A stretch of 64,000 nucleotides of DNA, taken from positions 18,840,711 through 18,904,710 of the forward strand of contig MU054187.1 of the NCBI GenBank assembly GCA_013239625.1, written 5' to 3'. The notes beneath the pieces are model-generated. The model was not told the DNA's origin. It worked only from the letters and a program-made list of their open reading frames with translations, and searched no databases. Made by a program: the position numbers and the translations under genes. Of the stretch, positions 27,179-41,212 are shown in pieces. This DNA comes from Lama guanicoe (lineage: Eukaryota). Position 1 is the stretch's first letter; each line of letters starts with the position of its first letter.

Positions 27179-27334
27179 AAGAAGTCTCCTAAATTCTAAG
27201 CTAAACATCAAATGCTTTACTCAGACTGAGAGGCTGACCATCTTGGAGTACAAGTGACAACTCCAGAAAAGTACCCAAAGACTGGCTGTTCCAGCACATG
27301 CATAAGACTTCAAATCTCATAGGATGTTAGATTG

Positions 27335-27545
27335 AAAGTATCTGCTTATTTTGTTTTAAGTTGCAAGTGACAGAGCCACAACTTGAACCTACTTAAGCAA
27401 AAAGGAGAATTGATTAAAGGATTCTGGAGTGTTTTATAGGATCTACAGAGAGCAATATGAGTCTTGGGGAACTGGATCCAAGAACTTGAATCACATCAGT
27501 CCCATAGTCTCAAGTCTCTGTTCCCTTACACATCTACTTCCTTCC
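27335..27545 (-). mobile_element. MLT1-type MaLR LTR fragment
   Basis: GTTGCAAGTGACAGAGCCACAACTTGAACCTACTTAAGCAAAAAGGAGAATT signature. Confidence 0.6.
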
Positions 27546-28769
27546 TTTCTTTTACATTAATTAATTTAATTTTCATACCCTAAGAAGTTGATACACTGTT
27601 ATTTCCATTTATAGGTGAGGAAACTGAGACACAGTAACTTGTGCAGGGTCATATGGTTAAAAAGTGGCAGAGCCAGGATTCAAATCCAAGCATTCTATTG
27701 ACAGAGCCCACTTTCATTAACTTTTTATTATGGGATATTTGCAAGATACACAGAAGTAGTTTAAACAATCTTATTTTAAATTCATCTAAGGTAAAAATTA
27801 AATGGAACAACAGAGAGTTCTAACTGTGGTCCCTCTGACTTAGTATCCTCTCACTGAAAGAGCACGAAGGTCGATCCAACATTCCCACTAATTGACTAAA
27901 GAGTGGCAGATCCATATTTAAGTCATGCTCGTTTGCTTGCATAATTTTCAGCAAAATATGAAGCAAAATATGAAGAACCTGTCTGCTAGTAAAAACAGAA
28001 TGAACAATAACCAAAATATTCAAAAAAATGAATTGTTAAGATTCATCAGGGACTCCAAAATAAGCAAAGAAGTATTCCCATGATTTTTCTTTTTAAAGAT
28101 AAAAATGCCAATAAAGGATTCAAACTCAAATGATCTATTTTATTGAAGGAAAGAATGGGGCATAACTAGCCATTCTTTGTATTCTTGTAATACTGATGTT
28201 TCTAGTCATCTTGTGCTCTGAACAATAGTAATACAGTTTTGCAGATTTTCCTTCTAAGCGGGGCTCAAACTTCTCCAAAAAAAAAAATTTGTTTTTTTGT
28301 GGAAATATTTTCGTTTAGAAGTGTGTTACTTACTGATTTGGTTTGAAACATTTAAATATATTACTTGGTCATTTATGAGAGTTTGACACTAAAGATAAAC
28401 AATTATATTTATACATATTTGCTATATTTATTTCAGCATTATTGGCTTCAGTGATTTCTAGGGGACTTAGAAATACAAGAGTCATTGTCTTTGCTTAGTC
28501 ACTATATTTTGTATTATTCATTTCAGTTAATCTGCTGCAAATTGAAATTGATAATATTGCTTATGCTTGTGTTCTGTCGCATGCACTAATAATGATACAC
28601 TCTGTCATTTTTTTTCAGTCGACATCTATAGAAAGATTACCAGCATAAGACACTATGGATACAAAGGTAAACATGGCATGAGGTCCCTTTAGAGAGTTCA
28701 TAGCATGGTGGTGCAGACATACCCACGCACAGGCATGCGGGCCCTGGGTATTATAAAGGTACAACGGCA

Positions 28770-28770
28770 T

Positions 28771-28804
<34 letters not shown>
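28770..28804. repeat. (TG)n microsatellite
   Basis: About 14 perfect TG units at 28776-28804. Confidence 0.95.
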
Positions 28805-28806
<2 letters not shown>

Positions 28807-31249
28807 GTAGTAGGTAGAAAAAGACTTCCTAGGAAGAGATGGTGACTGAGGTAGGCTTTATTAAAGAATAATTAGGAATTAACACCATGATGAGGAAGAG
28901 AGTAGAAAGGGGGAAGGGGTTCCATATAAAGAGAGAGAAGAAACAGCACTGTTGTAGGAGAGAAAAGTGAAAGACAAGATATGTCAGGAGATGGTGAGGA
29001 ATTAAAACAGAAAGTTCGGTGGGAGTCAGATCACATAATTAAGGATCTTAATCTTACAAGCAATGAGAATTGATGAATTTTTTAAATAGGAGAGTAAAAG
29101 GGGTAAGATATGGGCAGGGCTGGCCCCAAGAGCAGAAGGCTAGTTAAGAGGCAGTATTCAGGATGGGAGCGGACTAGGACAGTGGTAGCACAGTTGGAGA
29201 GGGGGAAGCACATTCAAGAACTAACTAGGAGGTACAATCGGAGAGACCTGGTGATGGGTTAAATGTGGGAAATACTGAAAGGGGAAGAGTTGAAGACAGT
29301 TGTGGGACGTAGCCTCAACACCAAGTACAGCAGAGATTACCGGGAAAGGGTTTGACGCAGAAGCGATGACCTAAATCATTTCAGACTCGTTGAGTTGGAG
29401 GTGTACCTGGAGCGCTCATGTAGCAGACAGTCAGCAGCTCTGGAGGGGTAGCTGTCGACTTGGTGTCATTTCCCAGTGATACCTAAAATCACGTCAATGT
29501 TTCAAGTAGCTCAGAAAGAATGCAGAGTGACAGAATGTTTCTCTCTCAGCTCATCCTGAAGTTATACTTTTAGAGCGCTTACCTTCATCATTCACTGTGA
29601 ACTTTGGATGAGGTACCTATCATGAATGGATCAACTTACTTGATTTATTATTAATTTATGTTTCTTTGGGTTTATTCTCCAAAGCCTAGACATGGAGGCT
29701 CACGTTAAGTGAAGACTCACAGAACAATAACAACAAAACAAGCAAGCAAACAAACACAAGTATCTAAGATTGAATGTACTGACAGCTCTTCAGGACTACT
29801 TCTTACATTCCAGGGGCTGGACAATACTTCCGATATACTAATTCTTCAGTTTGTTTTACCCCTCAGTTCAGCTTTTGTACCAAATCCTACCTGTCTGACA
29901 AAGACATCACTAACAGTGTAGTTATAGAGTTTTTTGTCTATTCCTACATCTTTTGACAATACACTGTCAAGATAACAATTAGCAATGACACTGTTAAGAT
30001 TTCTTGTGGAACTTTTACAGTGGCAGCTAAATTCTTTGTTTAATTTTTAAAAACCCTATTATTTTCATTGACTTTTAAATTAAATCAAAACTATTTTCTA
30101 AGCAGTTTCAAGGAAAGAACCGTGAACAAAATTCTTATGATGACATTTCAAGACCGTGTATGGCGACCATGCAGATTGGCAATAATATAATTTTCAAGAG
30201 CTACTAAAAATACCTGTGCAGTTGGGCAAACTGAGGGGCTGGATAGATTTTTTTTTTTAAGTAAGGCCAAGATGTCTGAGACTTTGTTATCTTTGCTCTG
30301 ATCCATAATCTGAACAAAGTGCTGTTTTCTTTCTTATGGGAGTAGTCCATCACCAGTCTGGGACTAAGACATCATATAGGAATGAAGACACAGTCCTGTT
30401 GTTGCTTTTAATGGTAAATATGGGCTACCCATACCCTCCCTCCTATGACCCATGTCCATGGTAAGCAGTTTGCTATAGCAATTCACAATGCTAATCCCCA
30501 GCAATTCCAATTTGCTGCAGCATTTTTCGGTGCCCCAGGTCTCTGCGTCAGAGTCCTTCTAATCACATGGCTCAGCAATAACTAAGTTATTCCCAATCAG
30601 TTGGAGCTGACAAGGAAGATGGAACCCAAGTTCCACTGCTGGTCAAGATCTTCCCTTTCTACGCTGGATGTTAGGTAGGCACCCAATGTGATTTTCCTTG
30701 AGACTAAAAAAAATGTGTACTGAGAATAAAATATAACCAGAACTGTGCTCCTCCTTCAAGGAGCTCACAGTGGAGTAAGGGAGACAGACATGTGAGATAA
30801 GAGAAACAGGGAGGTTCCTTCACATTTAGAGTTTAATCTGATTTCACAGTTGAAACAAGAAAGACGAGATGAAAAAAGAGCATGCTCTTAATCTGTGTCT
30901 TCCTATGCAAGTACATGGAGCACAAAGCTTTTACCTCCCACCCAAACTGATATCCAAGAGACCAGGGACAGGCAACTGATTTCATTCCATCACATAAGGG
31001 TATTGAGAATTATCTCTTTCAAATGTCATCATCAACAGGGACTTAATGTTAGTAATAAACACAAAAACTTAGCCAGTTAGACATAAATAGTCAAAATAAA
31101 CTGGTTTACTAGAAATTATCTATTTAACAGGGAGCAGATCCAAGCATAACACCAGGATACATAAAGTTTCCATATCAGAAATTTAAGAAAGTTCTTCCAC
31201 AATCCTCAAAGAGGATCTCGAAAGTAAAACACCCAGCCGTGGACTCCAC

Positions 31250-31545
31250 AAGTTAAAGAGGGATGTGGAGAAAGTGGAAGGGATTCAACAGAGTCACAGA
31301 GATGATTAAAGGGTTAGATAAATAGGAGCTAGAAATTATTTAGCCTAAGTTAGAGAAGACTACCAGGTTTCTTAATAACAGTATTAACAAGCAAAGGAAG
31401 GGTTGTTACATGCAAGATGATGAAGAGCTGCTTTCTATCTCAACCGGAGAGTGGACAGAAGAAATAGACTTTGATTACAGCATGACAGATCTAAGTTAGA
31501 TATAAAAAAGAACTTTTGAGAATGAGGATCATTGGATGAGAGACC
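31250..31545 (+). mobile_element. CR1/L3 LINE 3' fragment
   Basis: Degenerate KRDVEKxEGIQxRxTxMIKGL-type coding remnant, then AAGTTAGATATAAAAAAGAACTTT typical of the L3 3' end. Confidence 0.75.
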
Positions 31546-31878
31546 TTCTCAGGATTCTCTTCTTGCACCTGTTCCTTAAGTGACACTGTTTCACTGGGTT
31601 CTTTTTAAATTCTCTTCTCACTTTACATGTTCTCCTTAGTTTATTTCATTTACTCTGATTTTAATTACCCATTATAAGCTGGTAATTACCAAATATATAT
31701 ATCCAGTCCAGACTACTGTCCAAATGCTCCCTGGACATCAGACTTTTTGTTCCAGTGCAACAGCATCATAACTGATACCTCTGTATCTCCAATTTCATTC
31801 TCTGGTTATCTGATGATCTGAACATTTCTACGCAAAAGCAAGTCTAATATGTCATTTCTTTGCTTATGATCTTCTAAT

Positions 31879-32018
31879 GGGGGAGGAGGGTATAGCTTAA
31901 GTGGTAGAGCGCATGCTTAGCATATGTAAAGTCCTGTGTTCAATCCCCAGTACCTCCTCTAAAACTAGATAAATAAGTAAACCCAATTACCTTCCCTCCA
32001 ACAAAATTTAAAAAAAAA
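31879..32018 (+). mobile_element. Vic-1-like SINE
   Basis: Family core; TSD TCTAATGGG. Confidence 0.88.
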
Positions 32019-32689
32019 TCTAATGGGTTCCATAACTTACTTGATTTCCATCATCTGGTCCCTTAACCTAGCCAATATCATCTCCTGCCACTCTCCAAAT
32101 GCTATTAATTCCAAGACAGTTTCACTCTCTTCATCCTCCTGTGCTTTTATGTATTTGTGCTTTTTTAAGTCTCTGTACACTTCACTCCTTCTAGAACACA
32201 CCTCCCCACTTCTTCCTGTGGTCAAGTTCTACTCATCAGTTCCAGGAATTTTTCTCTGATCTTATCACATTGAACAAATGACCCTCAACAAATGTTCATG
32301 AATTTTCATGAAAACATCCTTCGAATACTTTAATGTTGTAGTCAGTATAAATAAGAGCCTTTCAGGCTTCAGATTCTATAGCTGCTCATTTAGAAGACAT
32401 CTGAGTGAAGAAGATCCCTAGCAGAATCTCATGATCAACCTTCAGAGGTGGTGTGCACCAGACTATTCTTATCACTCTGGATACAGGCTGCTGTTTGTCT
32501 GACACTCCCTGGAGCATCTTCTCAGGCATTTCCTTATTACTCTTCCACTGCTGGACCTAGTTATCGTTTTCTTACTCTCTCTTAGCCTAGTACAGTCACC
32601 CGCATATGCTTAGGCGCTTTCTGTTCATCATATATTCCTATGAAGCAGGATTAGTACGCCCATGTTACAGCTGGAAGAGCTTCTCATTG

Positions 32690-33180
32690 TTCTTATCATA
32701 AAAGACAAACTTACAACTGCTATACAATGGAGCCCACTCGCTTATCTCATATCCTACTCCCCCCTCAGCTGCTCCAGCCACGCAGGCTCACTTTCCATCT
32801 TTCTAACAGGCAATAACCCACTTCTCTGCAGGTCGCAGAACAGGCTAGAAAGCCGTCTTTCTTCCCCATTTCACTGAGTCAGCTCTTCATCATCCTGCGG
32901 ATAGCAGCTCAAGAGTCCCTTTCCCAGAAAAGTCTTCTCTGATCACCCTAGGAAGTCGAGTCAAATTTCTCTGCTACAAGCGCCAAGGCACACTGTTCGT
33001 CTTGTCCCCCTCTTCTTTTTACATTTGTTTTTGTGATGAGTTGATTGCCAACCTCCTCCATTAGATTGTAAGCTTCATAAGAGCAAGAACTGGATCTATT
33101 TTGGCTCAGTGCTTTACCTCCAGTACTTATTAGAGTCCCTGGCATGTAGCAAGTATTTGGAAAGTGGAATGAATTAATGT
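32690..33180 (+). mobile_element. L2 LINE 3' fragment
   Basis: TTAGATTGTAAGCTTCATAAGAGCAAG...CCTGGCATGTAGCAAG...GAATGAATT. Confidence 0.7.
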
Positions 33181-35071
33181 GTTGGTTTGTATTTGCCCCA
33201 CACTGAGTGCTTTACACATATCATCTCATTATTTTTGCAACAGACTCATGAGGTTACTACCATTCTACTTCTAGCTCCATTTTACAAATGAGTAAAACAG
33301 GATCTAGAGATATTAGGTGATTTTCCCAAGTCTCGCAATATGAACGCTTCAGTCCTCTACAGTAAAGCTACACGTGGGACAGTTGCCCATCGTATGTGGC
33401 TATCTTTGTAGATGTAAACATATTAACTAAAAAAACACTGAGTGTATGAGAAAGAAGAAATCTCTGAATCACGAATGGATCATTTATGTCTCTTGAGCAA
33501 ACCTGAAAATCCTGAAATATTTAAGAGTCAACAGCAGAATCCCACGGTTGTTAGGTCAGGTTACTTAAACAGAAAAAGTAGGCTGTACTTGAATTGTACT
33601 TGTTCAATGAGCTTAATTGTTCTGCTGACCAGTGAGGCATAATAACTTTCACAGTACAACACTGACTGTGACTGGTCTGGGGAAATACATCTCCGCAGTC
33701 AAAAAAAGGATCAGGCCACAGTCAAGGACTCGATTCACCTTGCACCACCAGGAAAACAACATACCTCACTTATGCTGATTGTCTTTGTCCATGCAGATGA
33801 CACCACTGAGCTACTGGAAGCAGTGCAACTACTTTGAGCAGTTAATCCAAAGGTACTTAGGAATTTTTCCTTGTCCACCCACACTGTCTGGTCCAGTCCT
33901 TTTGAAAACAGAGGCATCACAGCACAGCTATTCTTAATGGCTCTTATTGCAAGAGTAATAACTCAGAGTTTGAGACACATTTTCTGTTGGTTGGTCGCAA
34001 ATGTTGGAAGAGCTTCATCTTCATTTCTGGAAGTTGTGTTAAGGATTTTTAAAGGATCATATCATCTTTTACAAAATTACTGTCACTGTGACTGTGGAAT
34101 TCTCAGTACACCTGAGAGATGGGAGGCTGATGGATATGCAGTCTTCAGGGTACTATACAGAAAGTCATTAGAAGTCCTTTTAGCTTCTCAATTGATCTCA
34201 ATAATACTACCTCAGATCTGAGCTCAGGTATGGGCATCCCCAAACTGGGCTTGATCACTATATTTAAAATCTATTAAAGATTAAAAAAAAAAAGAAAAAC
34301 AAAATCTGTTAGATTTTGGCCACTACCTCAAACCAATTAAATTTAGAAGACTGCCAATTCATCTTTTTTCAACAGAACGTTTATCTGGCAGGATAACCTA
34401 CCTCACTTACTAGGAGAATTTCTTTCTCGTGGGTGACTACTTAGGAGGCCCAGTTAAAGATCAGATTGTTGAATGAGAATATAATTAGCAATTCGATGTT
34501 ATTAAGAAGTATCTGATTCAGTCATTCCCTTGCTTAAAAATCTTTCATTCTCCCCATTGCTTTCAGGGTAAAATCCAAACTCTTCATTGATCTCTCTCCT
34601 TCCTTTCTTTTCAAATCTCGCTTCAAGCATTTTTATAGTCCACACATGCTGAGCTACTTAAAGTTTCCTTACTTTTAGGATAAATTTTGCTTTATTTTGG
34701 CAACATTCGTATCTAAATCTTAAAACCCTGCTCAAGAGTCTGTATTCCCTAGCAATTCAATTTTTCAAACCAGCCAATGGTCATTCTACTCTCCATGTTT
34801 CCATAGCAATTTGTACATATCTCAATCAATACTTAACTGTTATAATTGCTAATTTACATATTAATCTCCCTCACTGAAATGTCAGTTTCTTGGAAGTTGG
34901 GACAATCTTATTAAATTCTAGTGTCTGTCGTACAGTAAAAAAATTTTTATTGCCTTTAAATGCTTGCTGGCTGTGTCCATTAAACTAGGTGGTAAACTGG
35001 CTGTATCCATTCCTCAATAATTCCACAATATTCTACTTAATGAGACCCTATCCTTTACATTCTGTTAAGAC

Positions 35072-36655
35072 CAGAGGTTCTCTCAGGGTTTTGAATTTTG
35101 TGAGTTCGTAAAACATTTTTAAAAAATATTTTGGGAAGCAATAAAGAAAAGAACCTAAACGAAGCTACCATCCATTACCATCTTAATTTCAAAATATGTA
35201 TTTTGAGTCTAAAACATCAGAAAAGATACATTTTCAGAATAATAAGTAGTCTTAAATTGAACAAATTTAACTTTATGAAAAATTCTCTAGATTGTTTTCA
35301 TTTTTCATTTCACCACTAATTGGTGAAAAATAGCATTTGGAAAACACTGAACTAGATTAGTCCTCCCCAAAATAACTGTGAAAAATTATGTACCCTTTTT
35401 CACATTCTTAAGGTAGCATCTGAGTTATTTCCCTTGAAAGTTCAAAGTGTTGTAATGCATGTCATTTCTGGCATGTTGTAAATACTGACACTACAAAATA
35501 AAATTGTATCTTCTTAGAAAAATAATCAATGGAAATTTTATACCATATTTATTTGACACCCTTCATTCATCTAAAAATATATGAACATGTAGCATAGGGA
35601 ATATAGCCAATATTTTATAATAACTATAAATGAAGCATGATCTTTAAAAATTGTAAATTGCTATGTGGTACACCTGAAACTTATACAATGTAAGTCAACT
35701 ATACTTCTATTAAATAAAACTAATGAAGGAAAAAAGAAAGTCATAAAAAAATACATGAACAAACATTTGGCAAATCTACATTATTCCTTTATTTCCATTC
35801 CACTTCCCCACAGAGTTTTATAGTATAATATTTATACTGAGACATCTATTATCAATTTAAATTAATTTAAAAAATTTCTATGACCCTAGAATGTTATAAA
35901 ATATCCTGAAATGAGTTACCATTATAATTACTAGTGCACATTTGGTCAAAGGAACATAAACATATTGATATTAAACATGACATAAACACTTACTGGCAAT
36001 ACATTTCTTAATTAACTGAGTTTTTTCAAGTAATCTGCCAAGAATTTGTTTTCTAGAGTGAGAAAGTGTCTGTCACACATTTTATTTCTTTTTTCTTCTT
36101 TTGAATACATGCTAAGAACATTTGTTCACAAAAAATTATGAATGATGGGAATAGATGGGGTTTTGTTTTAATTACATAATTCTTTAAACTCCTTCCAAGA
36201 TGCGTGCAAAAAACCCTTAGTGATCTATCTTTGAAATTTATTTTTAATGATCAACTGACACTTCAATTAGGGCCTTCAGTTTTGTTGAAAGCAAAAGCTG
36301 GAAACTATTAAACCTCCAAAAGTGTAGCTACCAAATAATTAGGGATATTTACTTGCTCAATTTGTCTCTGGTGCTACTCCTTTCCCATCCTGGGGCAATG
36401 TAACTCAGGAAGATCAGGGATGGGCTGCCTCTTTTGGTGAAGTGGAAGCAGGATGATTGTGAAAAGGGAGGTGGGAAAGGAAAACCAGCTTGAGAAGAGC
36501 ATTCTCCAGCAGTTCAGTTTTGGAAAACGAGTGTCTGTGTAAGTTGAAATACTGACAACTAATTATCTTAAAAAACCATTGATGTGTTCACATATCCCTT
36601 GGAAATTCTGTGTACACCTCCAGGGCTGAGCATACCCCAGTTTGAAGAGCACTGA
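35072..36655. mobile_element. hAT-Charlie family fossil(s), probably two adjacent elements
   Basis: Charlie-type ends CAGAGGTTCTC (35072), TTTGGAAAACACTG (~35349) and CCCCAGTTTGAAGAGCACTG (~36654); AT-rich interior. Confidence 0.55.
35589..35740 (+). mobile_element. Short L1 3'UTR fragment nested in a hAT element
   Basis: GTAGCATAGGGAATATAGCCAATATTTTATAATAACT...TACACCTGAAAC...AAGTCAACTATACTTC; flanking repeat AAAAATA(T/C)ATGAACA. Confidence 0.8.
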
Positions 36656-37739
36656 AAGGATTAGTGTTGTGGCTGAAGCAGCTGCATTCCAATCCCGGGA
36701 TGTCCCCTCAATCTGGAACACATGGGAGGTACCCTACTCACAGCTTTGGGATGGTGTGTGAAGACTGATCTCATGACTGATGTTGACTCTCTTGGCTTTA
36801 GTTTCAAAGTGTCATATTTTCTCACCTTGACACTACCTCCAAATTCTGGGATAATTTACTCCTTATTTGGAATTTAAGCCTCCTATGAAATTACTGCATG
36901 AAATCGTGTAAAGTCCTGCTTTAGGGTATTTCTCCATGTCACTGTACATTTATGACCTTGGCATATTTCTGCCTTCCAAGTTTTCTTACCTGGTCCTTCT
37001 GAAGGTGATTGGTTTGCTTTTGTAAATTTATGAAGGAGGTGAATTAGCATGAAATCTATGGCTACTAACCAGAGCCTAGTTAATCAACCTACCAGGAATA
37101 TAATCTGTGAACCAAACAGTGTCTGTAAACTAAATATTTGGGATGAATCTCCTACAGAAAAAAAATCAGTAATCTAAATGTGATTTTAATAGTTCAGTGT
37201 TCAGTAAAAATAAATATCAACCCCTCCCCCACTCCATTGTACTCATTCTATGCAGCTTAAATTAAAAATTTTTTATTTTAAAAAGAATCTTTTTTGTACA
37301 ATTCACATGTACAAGGGAGGCGTTTTACTTACTTCGTCTCTCTGAGAATACAGTGAACTAACTCCTATCTGTGATTAACGAGAATAGAGAGAGACTGCAA
37401 TCACAAAAGGGTTAGCTGTGATTCAATTTAGAATCTAGAAGCGTAACTTCACAGATAAAGTAGTTTTATTTGTGTTTATTTCTAATAATCTAGTAGTTTA
37501 AATTGGAATTCTCATTCACTGGCTTTAATTTTTAAAGAAATTTCAGAACAACCATCCTATAACTATATACTTCTTGGAAATGCCTTACATTGTATAACAT
37601 GCAAATGTTATCAACACTTAAAATCTACCATGATATATTTCTGTTCTACTAGTTTATTCAGTAAAAAGTCTGTTTCAGGCTTCTGTTGAAAGTTCAAGGC
37701 TGTGCGTACCTAGTGCTTACCATTCTGCACATTCATATA

Positions 37740-38390
37740 CTGATTCATTAAAAAAATCCTTACTGATTGTCTGCTATGTCATAGTCATTGTTTCTAGATG
37801 CTGGAAATATAATATTGAGCAAAACCAGAAATGGTCCCTACCCTCACGGAGCTATCCATTTATTGGAGGAGCATGCCATAATCAGATAAATATACACATT
37901 GAAAAAACTGCAATTTTGACAACATGTTTAAAAACTACAATTGCGACAAGTGCTAGGAAAGAGAAAAAAAAGTGCTGGAAGATTCTGCAACAGGCTATTT
38001 GAACGTTGGGGAGTGTGGGTGGTCAGGGAAAACTGCCTTGAGGAAGTGACGTAAGAATGAATGTGGACTAATTAGGAGAAGTTAGAGACTGGGAACAGAG
38101 CAAAGGCCAGACAGAGATCAAAGCGAACGTGAAGGAGGGAAGGAGGCGAGCTTCTGGAGGAGAGGAAGCTTAGAGGAGGTGAGGCTGGAGAGGTGGAAGG
38201 CAGCCAGAGCTTGCTGGGATCTCCAGGCATTTAAAGTGTTTTGATAAGGAGACCAATAGAAAATAATTAAAACCTTTGTAGGGTTTTAATGTGGGTGGGG
38301 GGATGAGATCAGATTGACATTTTAAAAAGATTACTGGCTTCACGGTAGGAATGGACTGGAGGGCAGGGCCAGAATGCTTGGTTTAGGGAG
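37740..38390 (-). mobile_element. L2 LINE fragment
   Basis: TACTGATTGTCTGCTATGT...GGTCCCTACCCTCACGGAGCT...TGAGGCTGGAGAGG. Confidence 0.7.
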
Positions 38391-38692
38391 ATAGAGGCTT
38401 CCCTGCATGTATGCATGTAAACACAAAGCTTGGAAAAAGAAATCATGTTTTAAAGGGACTTAGAATTTTCTAAGAAAATAATCACTAGTTTTTATCTTTT
38501 AAATCTTTTTTGTTTATTTTTTGGGGGAGCCAGGCAAAACTGGTTCATGATAAATGGAGAAAAAGAAGAACGAACAGTACTCTCCAGAAATCCTGGGGAA
38601 AAAACATGTCATTGAGTATAAAAGTTAACTTTTTCCCCCAAACTGAAAATAGTTTTAATTTCGGATTATATACTCAATATAAAATTTTAAAC

Positions 38693-38813
38693 ATATTTAT
38701 TTATTTATGGGGGGGTGATTAGGTTTATTTAGTTCAATGGAAGTACTTGGGATTGAACCCAGGACCTCATGCATGCTAAGTGCACAGTCTACCACTGAGT
38801 ATACCCTCCCTCG
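38693..38813 (-). mobile_element. Vic-1-like SINE
   Basis: GGGATTGAACCCAGGACCTCATGCATGCTAAG...CTACCACTGAGTATACCCTCCC. Confidence 0.87.
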
Positions 38814-38873
38814 CAATATAAATTATAATCACAGTATAAGACAATACAGAACGTATATTAAAAAAGTTTTTAC

Positions 38874-38955
38874 AGGGTGGGGGACATAGCTCAGTGGTAG
38901 AGCACGTGCTTGGCATGCATGAGGTCCTGGGTTTAATCCCCAGTAAATAAAATAA
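38874..38955 (+). mobile_element. Vic-1-like SINE (head only)
   Basis: CATAGCTCAGTGGTAGAGCACGTGCTTGGCATGCATGAGGTCCTGGGTTTAATCCCCAGT; TSD AAAAGTTTTT. Confidence 0.87.
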
Positions 38956-39169
38956 AAAGTTTTTTAGAAACTGAAATTTAACTACTGAGATAATTACCAT
39001 CCCCATTCTGGTGAACATCCTTTTAAACTTCTTTCTATGACTGTAGTCACACACAAACTTAGGTATATGCCCTAGGGAGGATGGCTGTTTTGTTCAGCAG
39101 CATAAGGTATGCCCAGTGCTTAACAAAGTAGGTGCTCAATAACTATTAGTTAATTATTCCTGTTACATA

Positions 39170-40100
39170 TGTTAATATATGTGTTGCTTTTTTTTCATTC
39201 AATAATAAGCCCTGGACTTATATACCATATCAACTTTTTAAATGGCTGTTCAATAATTCCTTACAGGCATATGCATATCATGTACGTAAATAACCCCACA
39301 CTGATGGGAACTCAAGTGTTTTAGGCTTATAAACAGTAAGTCAATGAACATCCTGCAGACACATCTTAACATTTGTCTAGGATAAATTCCTAGAACTGAA
39401 ATTGCTGGGTAAAAAGATATATACATATTTTGTATTTTGATACGTATAGCCAAACAGCCTACCAGAAAAGTTATTTCTACTTCTATTCTCAACTATATTC
39501 ATTTTCCTATATCTCTGATGGCTTAAAAAATTATTTATTCCCTGGTGTTTTTTTATGCACATTTCCCTGATTACTGGCCAAGTCTTACACATCTTTTCAT
39601 AAATGTACTAGTCTCTCGTATTTCTTATGTGATTTTCTAATACATGTCCTTTGCACATTTTTTCTTTCACTAGATCAGTGTTTGTCTTATTGATTTATAA
39701 GAGCCTTTGGATATTAGTGATATTAAGCCTTTGTCTGTCATACATACCCCAGATTTCTTTTTTCTAGTTCACTTTAAAAAAATCTTTGTTGGGGGAAAGG
39801 TATAGCTCAAGTAGTAGAGTACATGTTCTGCATGCATGAGGTCCTGGGTTCAATCCCCAGTACCTCCTCTAAAAAATAAATAAATGAATAAACCTAATTA
39901 CACCCCCTCAAAAAAGGAACTGAAAAAAATCTTTGCTTATTATACTTTTTGTAAAAACAGTTTTATAATCTATATAGTCATTTCTGACAATCTTTTCCTT
40001 TAAGGTATCTGGTCTTTGTGTTCTGCTTAGAACTAGGTCCTTCACTCCCCAATATTATAAAAATAGCTCCCTAATAACATTTCCTCTTGGTATTTTTTTT
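39170..40100 (-). mobile_element. Old L1 (L1ME-like) fragment, interrupted by a SINE
   Basis: CTAGGATAAATTCCTAGAACTGAAATTGCTGGGT and GTCCTTTGCACATTTTT motifs. Confidence 0.7.
39791..39921 (+). mobile_element. Vic-1-like SINE
   Basis: Family core; TSD AAAAAAATCTTTG. Confidence 0.88.
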
Positions 40101-40189
40101 AACTTTTGAGAGCATTTCTAGAGGGCAATCAGGTGACACTAATAAGACTTTATTAAAATGTTCATTCCCTTTGCCAAAAGTTTCCCTTT

Positions 40190-40335
40190 TATTTTTAAAT
40201 TTTTTAAAATTCTTTTTGGCAGGGGAGGTAATTAGGTTTTTTAAAAGTTTACTTTAATGGAGGTACTGGGGATTGAACCCAGAGACCTTGTGCATGCTAG
40301 GCATGCATTCTACCACTGAGCTATACCCTCCCCCA
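40190..40335 (-). mobile_element. Vic-1-like SINE
   Basis: Family core; imperfect TSD AAGTT(T)CCCTTTT. Confidence 0.88.
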
Positions 40336-40675
40336 CTAGAAGTTCCCTTTTTAGAATTTATCCTAAAGAAATAATAGATACAAAGTTTTAGTTTCAAAGG
40401 TATTCACTAGAGTTGTTTATAATGGCAAAAAAACCCAAAACTGTAAACAACGAAATGTTCAATAATGGAAGACTGCTTAAATCAATTATGGTATATCCAT
40501 AGTCTTTAAAATACAAAAAATATTTAATCATATTGAAACATATTAAAAACTAAAAGCCCAAATATGCTAAGTCCAATTCACAAATACCAAAACAAATTTT
40601 TGGCTAGGCACAAAAAGGAAGACTGTATTTATACAATAGTGGTTAGCTCTGGGCACTGGTAAAAATGGGTGATTT

Positions 40676-40817
40676 TTATTTGGGGGGGTTAGGGGGGAAG
40701 GTAATTAGGTTTATTTATTAAATTTTTTTTTTTGATGGAGGGACTGGGGGATTGAATCCAGGACCTTTCTTGTGCATGCTAAGCCTGCACTCTACCACCG
40801 AGCTTTACCCTCCCGAC
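40676..40817 (-). mobile_element. Vic-1-like SINE
   Basis: Family core with GGTAATTAGGTTTATTT tail. Confidence 0.87.
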
Positions 40818-41212
40818 CTGAGTGATCTTTTTCCTTTTTTTTTTTTCTTCTATGAGAACAGCGTGAAAAATAAAAACATTTAAAATTTAGTGTAGCCTTT
40901 AATTATGCAGATACAACATTGTTAAGTGTATCATTTGTGTTTTAGTAGCTAAAGGTGCCTTAGATCAGAGGGTAATACCCCTGTTCAACTTAAAAACGTT
41001 AATCTTGCCTCATCCAATAGCTTTAAGCAAGTCAATTAAACTTTACATACCTGGGTTTCCTCATCTGTTAAATGAGGATAATGGTACCTACCTTGATTTA
41101 ACTCACAAGGAAGTTGTACAAATTGTTTATCATTCACTGTAAGCAACATAGAATAAAGTGCTGATAATATTGTTTATATTCAACTACACGATTATAACTG
41201 TTTTTGCTTAGA

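Noticed and set aside
33735..34221. ORFs including 'EVCCFPGGAR', faintly like CR1 ORF1 esterase, or a processed pseudogene
   Set aside because: Similarity is limited to a few residues, flanking SGNH motifs are absent, and I see no poly(A) or TSD. A BLASTX search would settle it.
71..40817. tRNA-like A/B box sequences as tRNA genes
   Set aside because: All are SINE heads with A-rich tails and TSDs; none has an intact cloverleaf.
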